Notes under the pieces: generated by a model | What the model was told of the DNA's origin: nothing | Database searches by the model: none | The model's input: only the letters and a program-made list of their open reading frames with translations | In this document: piece after piece, positions 19,247-28,595 of the stretch | How positions within the stretch are numbered: position 1 is the first letter of the stretch | Layout of the letters: each line of letters begins with the position of its first letter | Source of the DNA: Cenarchaeum sp. | GTDB lineage: Archaea > Thermoproteota > Nitrososphaeria > Nitrososphaerales > Nitrosopumilaceae | Assembly: GCA_965242695.1 (NCBI GenBank) | Contig: CBDESU010000002.1 | Coordinates: forward strand, 96,001 to 160,000 | Direction of reading: 5' to 3' | DNA length: 64,000 nt | Program-made: the position numbers and the translations under genes

Positions 19247-20884
19247 CTACATCGGGGGCCCGCCGGCTCCGCCGCCAGGCGGCCCGCCCGAGTCGCCCGC
19301 AATGGCGATCACGTCGTCGATGCGCAATACCATGCACGCCGCCTCGGTTGCCGACTTTACAATCTGCTCCTTTACCGCGACCGGCTCTACGACGTCGATT
19401 GCGGCCATGTCGGCGATCTTTGTGTTGCGCGCGTCGATCCCGGTAGAGGTCATGCCCTGCGAGTGGCTCTGGCGCAGCGAGGCGAGCGTGTCGATGGGAT
19501 CCATCCCCGCATTCTCGGCGATCGTAAGGGGTATCGTCTCGAGCGACTCGGCGTACTTTTTGATGGCCAGCTGCTCGCGGCCGTCAAACGTGTCGGCCCA
19601 CGTCTTTAGCTGCGCCGCAATGTACGCCTCGGCCGAGCCGCCGCCGGACACGATTGCGGGCCGCTCGATCACGTCGCGCACCACCATGAGGGCGTCGTGC
19701 ATGGACCGGTCGACCTCGTCGACTACGCGCTGCGAGCCGCCCCTGATCAGGATCGTAACAGACTGCGGCTTCTTGCAGCCCTCGACGAACACCCACTTGT
19801 CCGACTCTACCTTTTTCTGGTAGACCTTTTCGGCCGACCCGAGGTCCTCGGCCTGCAGGTCGTCGATGTTGGTCGTGACGCGGCCGCCCGTCGCCTTTGC
19901 GAGCTTTGTCATGTCGCTCTCCTTTACGCGGCGGACGGCGAGTATGCCGCTCTTTGCAAGATAGTGCTGCGCAATGTCGTCGATTCCCTTTTGGCAGAGC
20001 AGGACGTTGGCGCCGGCCTCGTGTATCTTGCTGACCATCGACTGGAGCATGCGGCTCTCCTCCTCTAGGAACATCTGCATCTGCGTCGGGTCGGTAATGC
20101 GAATCTCCGAGCTCATCTCGGTCTTTTCGACCTCTAGCGCCGCGTTGAGCAGGGCTATCCGCGCAACGTCGATCCTGGTCGGCATGCCGCTGTGGACGAC
20201 CTCCTTGTCCAGGACGATCCCCGAGACAAGCTGCGTGTCGGATATAGAGCCGCCCGACTTTTTCTCGACCTTTACGTCGTCGAGGTCTACGGCGTACGTC
20301 CCGTCCTCCTTTTTCTCGGCGATCCTCACGACGGCGCTCACGACGAGCCGCGACAGCGGGTCGCTGTCCTCAGAGATGAGCTTCGACTGCATGCTCGTCT
20401 TTGCCACCTTTAGGAGAGAGTCCTCGTCGGTGGGCTCTACCGAGCTTGCAAGGTCGCCGATCATCTCGAGCGACTTTTCGGCCGCCGCCTGGTACCCCTC
20501 TACGACTACCGACGAGTGGACGTCCTTCTTGAGCAGGTCTTCGGCCTTTTCAAGCAGGGCGCCGCCGAACACGACCGACGAGGTGGTGCCGTCGCCGACC
20601 TCGTTGTCCATGGTCTTTGATATCTCGACCATCATCTTGGCGGCCGGATGCTGCACGTCGATCTCCTTTAGGATCGTCGCGCCGTCGTTGGTGATTGTAA
20701 CGTCGCCGAGCGAGTCGACGAGCATCTTGTCCAGGCCGCGCGGGCCGAGGCTGGAGCGGACCAGGTCGGCCACGAGGCGCGCCGCCGCGATGTTGTTGTG
20801 CTGCGCGTCGCGGCCCTTTTGCTGCAGGGCGCTCTCCTTGAGGACGAGTACGGGCCCCTGCGGCGTCTGCTGGATCGATGCCAA
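19247..20884 (-). CDS. ths: Thermosome (group II chaperonin) subunit
   Basis: LGPRGLDKM, TNDGATIL, GDGTTS, LRIDDVI. Confidence 0.96.
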   Translation of the reverse strand: MASIQQTPQGPVLVLKESALQQKGRDAQHNNIAAARLVADLVRSSLGPRGLDKMLVDSLGDVTITNDGATILKEIDVQHPAAKMMVEISKTMDNEVGDGTTSSVVFGGALLEKAEDLLKKDVHSSVVVEGYQAAAEKSLEMIGDLASSVEPTDEDSLLKVAKTSMQSKLISEDSDPLSRLVVSAVVRIAEKKEDGTYAVDLDDVKVEKKSGGSISDTQLVSGIVLDKEVVHSGMPTRIDVARIALLNAALEVEKTEMSSEIRITDPTQMQMFLEEESRMLQSMVSKIHEAGANVLLCQKGIDDIAQHYLAKSGILAVRRVKESDMTKLAKATGGRVTTNIDDLQAEDLGSAEKVYQKKVESDKWVFVEGCKKPQSVTILIRGGSQRVVDEVDRSMHDALMVVRDVIERPAIVSGGGSAEAYIAAQLKTWADTFDGREQLAIKKYAESLETIPLTIAENAGMDPIDTLASLRQSHSQGMTSTGIDARNTKIADMAAIDVVEPVAVKEQIVKSATEAACMVLRIDDVIAIAGDSGGPPGGGAGGPPM

Positions 20885-20927
20885 CGGCCGGCGCGCCCCA
20901 AGTACCCTATATGAACATTCGGATGGC

Positions 20928-22991
20928 TCAATTTCGGCGTCCCGCGCGCCCTGCGAGCGCCGGGATCAGCGTGCGCGACCGGACGTCGACCATGCCGGCG
21001 TGCAGGAGGCGCACCGAGGGGAGGGCCAGGAACGGCAGGAAGAGCGGCACAAGGTGGGGCCGCGCGAGCGGGCAGCCGGCGTCGGCGATCGCCTCGTTGA
21101 CCGCCCTGAACTGCGCGGCGGCCTCGTCGAACGGCGCCGTCGATGCGATCCCGGCGAACTCGAGCGGCATCGATGCGAGCAGGCGGCGGCCCCCGTCACC
21201 GTCCCCGCCGCGGCCGCGGCCGGGCGCCGGGGGAGGAGGGGGAGGGGCCCGCGAGAGGGAAGAGGCGGCCGCGGGGCGGCGGGCAGCGGAGGCGGCCCGC
21301 CCGCCGCCTCGCCCCCCGGAGGAGGAGGGCGAGACGACGGCCATGCCGCCGCGCGTCGCAATGACGGCGTTCGCCGCCGCGGCCATGTCGGCCTCGTCCC
21401 GCCCGATCACCACCAGGTCGTTTTCGTGAAAGCTCCACGTGGATGCGAACGCGCCTATCCCGTCTGCGCCGAACCCGCGGAGGAACGCGACGGCCGAGCG
21501 CCCAGATCCGCGCACCCTGTCGAACGCGGCCGCCTTCCAGATATCGTCGCCGGATGCGGCGCGCACGTTGCCGTCGCGCGCCTCGAGCTCGGCCGCGCCG
21601 CGGCGCGTGACGATCTCGGTCGCCAGGTCTATCGTGTTGGCCTCGACGCGGACGCGCCGCTCCGCGGACGCGCCGCCCCGGGGCCGGACGGCAAAGTCGG
21701 CCGGCGAGAGGCGGCGCAGCATGACGGTGCGCCGCGTCCATGCCCTGGGCCGGCGGCGGGGCGGCCGCGGCCGCCGGCCCGGCGGGGCGGCAAGGCGCCC
21801 CGACTCGACGGTCTGCTTGCCGCCGACAAACACGTCAGAGACCCTGAACGTCTCCAGGTCGCCGAGCACGACGATGTCGGCAAGCCGCCCCGGCGCTATC
21901 CCCCCCAGGTCGCGCGACATACCGTAGTGGTCAAAGCAGTTTCGCGATGCCATTGCGATCGCCTCGGCCGGCGGAACCCCGGCGGCGGCGGCCTCCCGCA
22001 CGCATCGGTCCATGTGCCCGTGCGTCTCGAGGTCGACCGGGTCGACCCCGTCCGAGCAGAGCATGAGGCGGTCGAGGCGCGCGCCGGCGGCGAGCAGGCC
22101 CGCCAGTATGCCGCGCAGGTCGCGGCGTATCGAGCCCTCGCGAGCCATCACCCACATGCCGAGGCGGAGGCGCTCGGCCGCCTGCCCGCCGTCTATGGGC
22201 TCGTGGCACGAGTGTATGCCGGCGGCGGCGTACGCGCTCAGCTTTGCCCCCGACGCGCCGGCCGTGTGGCCGTTGACCGGGCATCCGAGGCCGAGCATCG
22301 AGGCGACCGAGCGCATCGCCGGCGCGTTGCGGGCCGTGATCTTTGTCCACGAAAAGACCTCGCCCATGCAGGCCACGTCCGGGCGCGCGGCGGCCGCGGC
22401 CTCTTCCTCCGGCGACAGGGCGGGGCCGTGCCCGAACCGGGGCTCGACGGGCAGGCCTCCCGGGACGGCCTGGAATATGCGCACCGGCAGGGAGCCGCAC
22501 AGCCTCGCGAACTCGGCAAGGCCCTCGTACCCGGCCACGCGCACGATGTCGATCGGATCGGAGAACATCGACGTCGTGCCGCGCAGGGCGGCGCGGGCGG
22601 CAAACTCGGACGGCAGGACGAACTGGTCGAGGTGGACGTGCGGGTCGGCAAGGCCCGGGCAGGCGTGGCGGCCGCGCGCGTCGTAGAGGCGCGTACTGGG
22701 GCCGCGCGCGTGCGACGCGTCGGGCCCCACGTACGCGATGCGGTCGCCCGAGACGGCCACGTCGGTGCCCCGCAGCACCTCGCCCGTGTACACGGAGACG
22801 AGCGAGCAGTCCCTTACGATCAGGTCGGCCGGGCGGTCGCCGGCGGCTACCGCCGCCAGCCGCGATATCGACGAGGGCAGGTACGAGGCGCCCGGGATGC
22901 GGCCCGGGTCGCGGCCGCCTCCCCGGGGCGGCAAGAGGCGGCCCCCCCGCCCCCCGCCGGGCCGCGCGGAGGGGGCCTGGGCGGCTGCCAC
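20928..22991 (-). CDS. ade: Adenine deaminase
   Basis: PGLADPHVH, GEVF, HE, REGS, CSDG, GGIAPGRLAD. Confidence 0.85.
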   Translation of the reverse strand: MAAAQAPSARPGGGRGGRLLPPRGGGRDPGRIPGASYLPSSISRLAAVAAGDRPADLIVRDCSLVSVYTGEVLRGTDVAVSGDRIAYVGPDASHARGPSTRLYDARGRHACPGLADPHVHLDQFVLPSEFAARAALRGTTSMFSDPIDIVRVAGYEGLAEFARLCGSLPVRIFQAVPGGLPVEPRFGHGPALSPEEEAAAAARPDVACMGEVFSWTKITARNAPAMRSVASMLGLGCPVNGHTAGASGAKLSAYAAAGIHSCHEPIDGGQAAERLRLGMWVMAREGSIRRDLRGILAGLLAAGARLDRLMLCSDGVDPVDLETHGHMDRCVREAAAAGVPPAEAIAMASRNCFDHYGMSRDLGGIAPGRLADIVVLGDLETFRVSDVFVGGKQTVESGRLAAPPGRRPRPPRRRPRAWTRRTVMLRRLSPADFAVRPRGGASAERRVRVEANTIDLATEIVTRRGAAELEARDGNVRAASGDDIWKAAAFDRVRGSGRSAVAFLRGFGADGIGAFASTWSFHENDLVVIGRDEADMAAAANAVIATRGGMAVVSPSSSGGRGGGRAASAARRPAAASSLSRAPPPPPPAPGRGRGGDGDGGRRLLASMPLEFAGIASTAPFDEAAAQFRAVNEAIADAGCPLARPHLVPLFLPFLALPSVRLLHAGMVDVRSRTLIPALAGRAGRRN

Positions 22992-23050
22992 GCGCCGTCA
23001 GGGGCGGGCGCATATTTAACGCTTAAATGCCCGCGCATGCGGGCGCGCCC

Positions 23051-23338
23051 GTGAACTACCCAAAGGCCATCCGCCGGTACTGCCCGCGGTGCAAGCAGCA
23101 CACGCTGCAAAAGGTCTCGATCTACAAGGCCGGCAAGCGGCGCGCGTCAGCGATCGGCGAGCGCCGCCACGCCGAGGACAAGAAGGGGTACGGCGGGCAA
23201 AAGTTCCCAAAGCTGGCAAAGCCGGCAAAGGTGACGAAGAAGGTCACGCGCATCCTCACGTGCCCCGGCTGCAAGAAAAAGTTCAGCACAAGGGGCATAC
23301 GGATCAAAAAGTTCGAGCTGGTGGCGACTGCGGCATGA
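23051..23338 (+). CDS. rpl44e: 50S ribosomal protein L44e
   Basis: YCPRCKQHT, KGYGGQKFP, AKVTKK, CPGC. Confidence 0.95.
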   Translation: MNYPKAIRRYCPRCKQHTLQKVSIYKAGKRRASAIGERRHAEDKKGYGGQKFPKLAKPAKVTKKVTRILTCPGCKKKFSTRGIRIKKFELVATAA

Positions 23339-23562
23339 AGAGGGAGCACAAGGAGATACCGGAGCCGTCGAGCACCTTCAACAGGGTGCAGTGCGACGAG
23401 TGCAAGGAGACGCAGATCATCTACTCGCATGCGACGACGCTCGTCACGTGCCACTCTTGCGGGAACGAGATAGCCACCCCGACCGGGTCGGCCGCCGTCC
23501 TCAAGGGCAAGAGGATGGAGTCGGTCTCTAGCCAGCCGGCGGCCGCGCCGGCCCGCGAGTGA
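23335..23562 (+). CDS. rps27e: 30S ribosomal protein S27e
   Basis: VQCDEC..QIIYSHA..CHSCG..PTG; ATGA overlap with rpl44e. Confidence 0.93.
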   Translation: MKREHKEIPEPSSTFNRVQCDECKETQIIYSHATTLVTCHSCGNEIATPTGSAAVLKGKRMESVSSQPAAAPARE

Positions 23563-23597
23563 GGGACGGCCGAGGGTGTGGGCGCCGGCCGCCCCGG

Positions 23598-24245
23598 CTA
23601 GCGCTCGCAGCCTGCCCTGCGCGCGGCAGGCTCAATGTCCGCGGCGATGTTGTAGCTGACCCGAAGCGCCGGGAGGTCGAGGACAATGCGGGCCTCGTCG
23701 ACCGCTTCCGCGCCGCGCCGCCGGGCGGCGCCCCCGAGGTCGACAATGGACACGCCGGTGTAGGCCGCCTCCCCGCCGGGCGCCAGGTACTCGAACCGGC
23801 CGGCATCGCCGCCCTTGACCGGCACGACAAAGGCGGCCCACGCGGGCCGGCGCCCGTCCCGCCCGGCGCGCGCGGCGTACGCCCGCTCCACGGCGCGCAC
23901 GTCGGCGGCGCGCAGGAGCGGCATGTCGCCGGGAACGGCCAGCACCCTTCCCCTGTGCCCGCGGCCTGCCAGGACCGACAGGGCCGCGGCAAGGTCCAGC
24001 GAATAGCCGTCCGCAGGCGTCGGGACGGTTCCGATGCCGGCGCGGCGGAGGGCGGCCGCGGCGGCCGGCGCGCGCGGGCTTGTCGCTGCGTACACCTCGG
24101 ACACTACACCCGAGGAGCGCAGGGCGTCGACTACGCCGAGGACGACGGGCATGCCGTCGCCGCGCCCGGCGAGGAGCTTTTCGGCGGGGCCTCCGCTCGC
24201 GGCCATGCGGGACCCGCGGCCGCCGGCCATTACGAGCCCGATCAT
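23598..24245 (-). CDS. cobY: Adenosylcobinamide-phosphate guanylyltransferase
   Basis: MAGGRGSRM..EK NTP-transferase motif, PGDMP; located in the cob cluster. Confidence 0.75.
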   Translation of the reverse strand: MIGLVMAGGRGSRMAASGGPAEKLLAGRGDGMPVVLGVVDALRSSGVVSEVYAATSPRAPAAAAALRRAGIGTVPTPADGYSLDLAAALSVLAGRGHRGRVLAVPGDMPLLRAADVRAVERAYAARAGRDGRRPAWAAFVVPVKGGDAGRFEYLAPGGEAAYTGVSIVDLGGAARRRGAEAVDEARIVLDLPALRVSYNIAADIEPAARRAGCER

Positions 24246-25057
24246 GCCGAGACAAAGACCAGCACGGCGGCCAGGCGAGCAACCTCGTTGCCAGCGCCGA
24301 GCACGTCGCCAGTGATCCCCCCCAGGCTTCTTGACGATACGAGCACAAGGACGAGGGCGGCCGCCGCGGCGGCCGCAAGCGCGAGCGCCCCGGCATGCCC
24401 CCCCAGCGCGACTGCCGGCACGGCGGCGGCCGCGGCTGCCGCGGCAAGCCGCAGCCGGCCGGTTCGGCCGCGGGCGGCCCCTGCAAAGACGGCGCCCGAG
24501 CCGGCGGCGGCCGGGCGGCCGGCGGCGGCCATCAGCACCATTGCAAACTTTGCGGCCGCCTCGGAGAGGACGACGGCCAGCAGCATCCCGTACGCGCCGC
24601 CGGCAAGCGACAGGCCTGCGACGGCGCCGATGCACGACAGGGCCACGGCAGACGTGCCGGCCGCGCCGACCGAGCCGTCGCGCATGGCCGCGATGCGGCG
24701 GGCCCTCGTGCCGCGCGCCATCAGGCCGTCGGCCGCATCCGCCAGCCCGTCCAGGTGGTGGAATCCCGTCAGGACGGCCGTGGCTGCGACCGCCACGAAC
24801 GCGGCGACGAGCGGGTCGGCGCCGGCGAGCATCGCGCCTGCGCCGGCCGAGCCGGCCGCAAGGCCGAGGATCATCCCGACTATCGGGAACGCGGGCATGC
24901 CGCGGGCGGCCGGCTCGAGGGCCCGCGGCCCGACCGCATCCGTGCCGGCATCGGCGCCAGCGCCGGCGCCGGCGGGCCGCGCCCCGGCTCTGCCCCCTCC
25001 CCCGACGGGCAGCACGGTCAGGAACGACAGGGCCGCCCGGAACGGATCGTCAGCCAA
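24242..25057 (-). CDS. cobS: Adenosylcobinamide-GDP ribazoletransferase
   Basis: SFLTVLP, HLDGLADAADG, MRD..GAAG, GGITGDVLGA. Confidence 0.9.
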   Translation of the reverse strand: MADDPFRAALSFLTVLPVGGGGRAGARPAGAGAGADAGTDAVGPRALEPAARGMPAFPIVGMILGLAAGSAGAGAMLAGADPLVAAFVAVAATAVLTGFHHLDGLADAADGLMARGTRARRIAAMRDGSVGAAGTSAVALSCIGAVAGLSLAGGAYGMLLAVVLSEAAAKFAMVLMAAAGRPAAAGSGAVFAGAARGRTGRLRLAAAAAAAAVPAVALGGHAGALALAAAAAAALVLVLVSSRSLGGITGDVLGAGNEVARLAAVLVFVSA

Positions 25058-26213
25058 GCGCCAGCCACCACGCCCAGGATACGGCCGCGGCCGACACGGC
25101 GGCAACGGTGCATGCAAACACGGCGCATGCGGCCTTCATAATCGACACCGACGAGCGTATGAGCGCCGCATCGGGAAGCTGGGCAGGGGCGGAGGGGGCG
25201 GAGGGGGCGGAGGGGGCGGAGGGGGCGGAGGGGGCGGAGGGGGCGGAGGGGGGCCGGCTCGCGCCCAGGCAGTACGATCCCACTTTTTCAAGCCTGGCCC
25301 CGAGGGCGCCTGCCATCGCCGCCATCGGGTACCCCGAGTTGAGGCTGTCCGGCGCCGACGCGTCGCGCGCCATGACCCTGTACGCCGCGCGCCAGTCCGC
25401 GCGCGGGACGAGCGCGGCCGCGGCGACCACGCAGAGTGCCGTCAGGCGCGCTGGCGCATAGTTGAGGGCCGTGTCGCACCTAGCCGCAAACCACCCGAGG
25501 TCGCGGAACATCCACGTGCGGTACCCGACCATCGAGTCGAGCGTGCTGACGGTCCGATGCGCAAACGCGCCGGGCAGCCCGAACAGCCCAAAGTAGAACA
25601 GCGGCCCCGTCACGCCGTCGACCGTATTCTCAGAGACGCTCTCGATGGCGGCCGAGGCGACGTGCGCGCCGTCAAGCCGCGACGTGTCGCGCTTTACGAT
25701 CATTGCAAGGGATGCGCGCGCGCCGTCCAGGTCGCCCTCATCGAGCCGCCGCGCCACCGCGAGCGCATGCACCTCCATGCCGCGCAGCGATAACGTCGTC
25801 TTTAGCAGGACGGCCGAGGCGGCGGCCGGCAGCGCAAGGGCCAGGACGGCGGCAGGCCAGCCGGCGGCCGGCACGGGGGTGCCTGGCCAGCATGGCGGCC
25901 AGGGCCAGGCCAGGGCGGCGGCGGCACCCAGGGCCGCGGATGCGGCCCACGCCAGGCCGGCTACAAGTGCGACCATCCCGGCGACCAGGGCCGCGCCGGC
26001 GGCCCTCTTCCCCCCAGGCCCCCCCCTCCGGCCCGCCGCGAGCAGGCGCGGCACGGCCGCGCCGGCAAGCCGCCCGGCCCACGCGGTAGGGTGCAGGCGG
26101 TTTGGCGGATCGCCGGCGGCGCGATCCAGGAGCAGGGCGGCGGCCATCGTGCACGACCCGGCGGCGGCCGCGCCGGCGGCGCCCCACCACCACAGGCAGG
26201 CCTCAGCGGCCAC
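25050..26213 (-). CDS. cbiB: Adenosylcobinamide-phosphate synthase CbiB/CobD
   Basis: GDPP..HP, ESVSEN..DGV, TLDSMVGY, NYAPARL, NSGYP. Confidence 0.9.
   Translation of the reverse strand: MAAEACLWWWGAAGAAAAGSCTMAAALLLDRAAGDPPNRLHPTAWAGRLAGAAVPRLLAAGRRGGPGGKRAAGAALVAGMVALVAGLAWAASAALGAAAALAWPWPPCWPGTPVPAAGWPAAVLALALPAAASAVLLKTTLSLRGMEVHALAVARRLDEGDLDGARASLAMIVKRDTSRLDGAHVASAAIESVSENTVDGVTGPLFYFGLFGLPGAFAHRTVSTLDSMVGYRTWMFRDLGWFAARCDTALNYAPARLTALCVVAAAALVPRADWRAAYRVMARDASAPDSLNSGYPMAAMAGALGARLEKVGSYCLGASRPPSAPSAPSAPSAPSAPSAPSAPAQLPDAALIRSSVSIMKAACAVFACTVAAVSAAAVSWAWWLALG
25185..25252. repeat. 9-bp tandem repeat (ggggcggag)x~7 encoding (SAP)n within cbiB
   Basis: Seen directly in sequence. Confidence 0.85.
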
Positions 26214-27126
26214 CGAGGACCATCTCCTCGACCGCCCTCATGTCGAGGCTTTGCCGCACCGCGCCGGCGAGCCGGTCGATCTCGGCATCGAGCCGGTCGA
26301 CCTCGCGCGGCGTCCACGAGAACGGGTCGCTTGCGGGCGGAGGCGGCCTCTGGCGCGGCATGTAGGGCGGCGGCTGGCGGCTCGCCCCCGCCGCCGCGTT
26401 GCCGGCTCCGACGTCGAGCGAGTCCTCGCCCGGTATGTCCATGTCGATCATTGGGACTACGCCGAGGACGGCGCGCCCCGTGGCCCTCTTCAGCCGCGGG
26501 TACGCCGGCTTGAGCACGGCCGCATCGCCGCGGAACCTGTTGAGGACGAACCCGCGCACGAGCTTTTTGTGGCGCTCGGGCAGCAGCATCATCGTGCCCG
26601 CCAGGCTCGCAAACGAGCCGCCCCTGTCGATGTCGCTGACCAGGATCACCGGGGCCCTCGCCTTTTCGGCCATTGCCATGTTGGCAATGTCGTACCGCTG
26701 CAGGTTTATCTCGGCCGGCGAGCCGGCGCCCTCGAGGATCACGATGTCGCGGCCCGAGGCGAGGCGCCGCAGGGCCGACAGGGCCGCCGCCATGCCGCCG
26801 AGCGGCGCGAACTCGTAGTGGTACTCCTTGTAGTGCATGCGGCGCAGCCGCTTGCCGTTGAGGTAGACCATGCTGTACAGGCCCCCGAGGGGCTTGAGCA
26901 GGACGGGGTTCATGTCGGGCGAGGCGGCCGCGCGGGCCCCGACGGCCTGGACGGCCTGCGCGCGCGAGATGCGAAAGCCCTTGCCCCTGTACGAGAACGA
27001 CGACATGTTCTGCGACTTGAAGGGGGCCACCGAGTACCCCATGTCCGAGAATATCCTGCACAGGGCCGTCACAAGGGTCGTCTTGCCGGCTCCCGACGAC
27101 GTGCCCTGGACCATGAGCGCCATCAT
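26203..27126 (-). CDS. cobQ: Cobyric acid synthase, short form without glutamine amidotransferase domain
   Basis: QGTSSGAGKT, PFKSQNMS, MNPVLLKP, EGAGSPAEINL, DIDRGG, EDS. Confidence 0.88.
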   Translation of the reverse strand: MMALMVQGTSSGAGKTTLVTALCRIFSDMGYSVAPFKSQNMSSFSYRGKGFRISRAQAVQAVGARAAASPDMNPVLLKPLGGLYSMVYLNGKRLRRMHYKEYHYEFAPLGGMAAALSALRRLASGRDIVILEGAGSPAEINLQRYDIANMAMAEKARAPVILVSDIDRGGSFASLAGTMMLLPERHKKLVRGFVLNRFRGDAAVLKPAYPRLKRATGRAVLGVVPMIDMDIPGEDSLDVGAGNAAAGASRQPPPYMPRQRPPPPASDPFSWTPREVDRLDAEIDRLAGAVRQSLDMRAVEEMVLGGR

Positions 27127-28277
27127 ATGCGCCGCAGCGCCCCGACGAGCCTTTTATTTTCAGCTGCCGTGCGCACGGCGACCCGTATGTGGCGGGCGCT
27201 GCGCCCGCCGCGGGGCCCGAGGCCGCCGAACGACGAGCAGTCGCGCACGAGTACTCCCCGCCCGAGCAGGGCCGAGCGGACGGCGGCGGCCGGCCGCGCG
27301 GTGCGGACGAGCACAAAGTTGGCCCTCGGGCGGCCGACGCACTCGAAGCCCGGCGTGGCGTCGATCTCGCGCACGAGGCGGGACCTCTCGCGCGAGACGA
27401 GGCGCCGGGCCCTCTCGACGTGGCCCGCATGCCGGAGCGCCTCGAGCGCGCCGGCCTGGGCCGGCCCCGAGACGCCCCACGGCAGCCTTATCCGGGAGAG
27501 GATCGCCGCCGCGCGGGCCCCGCACACGGCGTACCCGACGCGCGCGCCGGCGAGCCCGAACGACTTTGTCAGCGAGCGGAGGACGACCATGTGGGGACGG
27601 CGCGGCGCGGCCGGCGCCACGGACCCGGCCGGCGCGGCGCCGGGGCCGTCGGCCAGCTCCACAAAGCACTCGTCGACGAGCAGCATCGCCGACGCGTCGG
27701 CCGCCGCCGAGGCCAGCCCGAGCACCTGCCTGGGCTCCAGGGTCTCGCCCGTCGGGTTGTTCGGAGTGCACACGAACGCGCAGCCGTTCCTCGGAATCGC
27801 CTCGGCGAACCTGTCCAGGTCGGCGGCAAGGTCCATCGATGCAAGGCGGAACGGGGCGGCGCCGGCGAGCCGTGCTGCCGCCTCGTACTCGCCGAACGCA
27901 GGGGCCTGGACAAGGGCGCGCGTCCGGCGCGCGGCGAACGCGCGGCAAAAGTTGTAGATGATCTCGGTCGCGCCGCAGCCGACGACCACGTTCGACGGGG
28001 ACCCGGCCCCGGCGTGCCCCGCAAGGGCCTCGCGCAGCAGCGACGAGTCGGGATCCGGATAGGTGCGGCCGGCGGGGCCGGCCGCGGCCCTTGCCATTGC
28101 GGCGGCCGCGGCAGGCGGCGGGCCGAGCGGCGAGACGTTTGAGCTGAAGTCGAGCAGGGGCGGGGCGGGGCGGGGCGGGCGGCCGCCCCGGGCGGGGCGG
28201 GGCGGGGCGGGCGGGGCCGAGTGCGGCCCGCCGTGCTCGGCCTGCCGGTGCATGGCCACCTCAGGGGGAACGCGCAT
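27123..28277 (-). CDS. cobD: Threonine-phosphate decarboxylase (PLP, class I/II aminotransferase fold)
   Basis: HGG, DFSSNVSP, YPD, PNNPTG, DE, RSLTKSFGLAGARVGY; cob cluster context. Confidence 0.8.
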   Translation of the reverse strand: MRVPPEVAMHRQAEHGGPHSAPPAPPRPARGGRPPRPAPPLLDFSSNVSPLGPPPAAAAAMARAAAGPAGRTYPDPDSSLLREALAGHAGAGSPSNVVVGCGATEIIYNFCRAFAARRTRALVQAPAFGEYEAAARLAGAAPFRLASMDLAADLDRFAEAIPRNGCAFVCTPNNPTGETLEPRQVLGLASAAADASAMLLVDECFVELADGPGAAPAGSVAPAAPRRPHMVVLRSLTKSFGLAGARVGYAVCGARAAAILSRIRLPWGVSGPAQAGALEALRHAGHVERARRLVSRERSRLVREIDATPGFECVGRPRANFVLVRTARPAAAVRSALLGRGVLVRDCSSFGGLGPRGGRSARHIRVAVRTAAENKRLVGALRRI

Positions 28278-28321
28278 GCGCGGGCGGCGGGGGCGGGAGT
28301 TTAGTTTGTTTTGCGGGCAGG

Positions 28322-28431
28322 GCGGGGAGAGGGGCCGGCCATGCGGGTGGACGGCGGCCGACGACGCGCCCAACGTAGAGTACAACGGCACGATGCGGGG
28401 AGAGGGGCCGGCCATGCGGGTGGACGGCGGC
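28322..28431. repeat. 37-bp perfect direct repeat (28322-28358, 28395-28431) around a 36-bp insert
   Basis: gcggggagaggggccggccatgcgggtggacggcggc twice, intergenic. Confidence 0.9.
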
Positions 28432-28595
28432 AGGGGCGGCGCCTCGCCGGCCGGGAGCCGTCCCGCATGTGCGGGGCCCGCATCGGCGCCTCGCTTCGCC
28501 GCTGGCCGGGCTAGCGGCGCGCCCTGGTGCCTGCCGCTAGCGCGCATGCGCGCGCCTGCCAACGAATATTAAATCGGCGCGGCCGTCGTGCCGCA

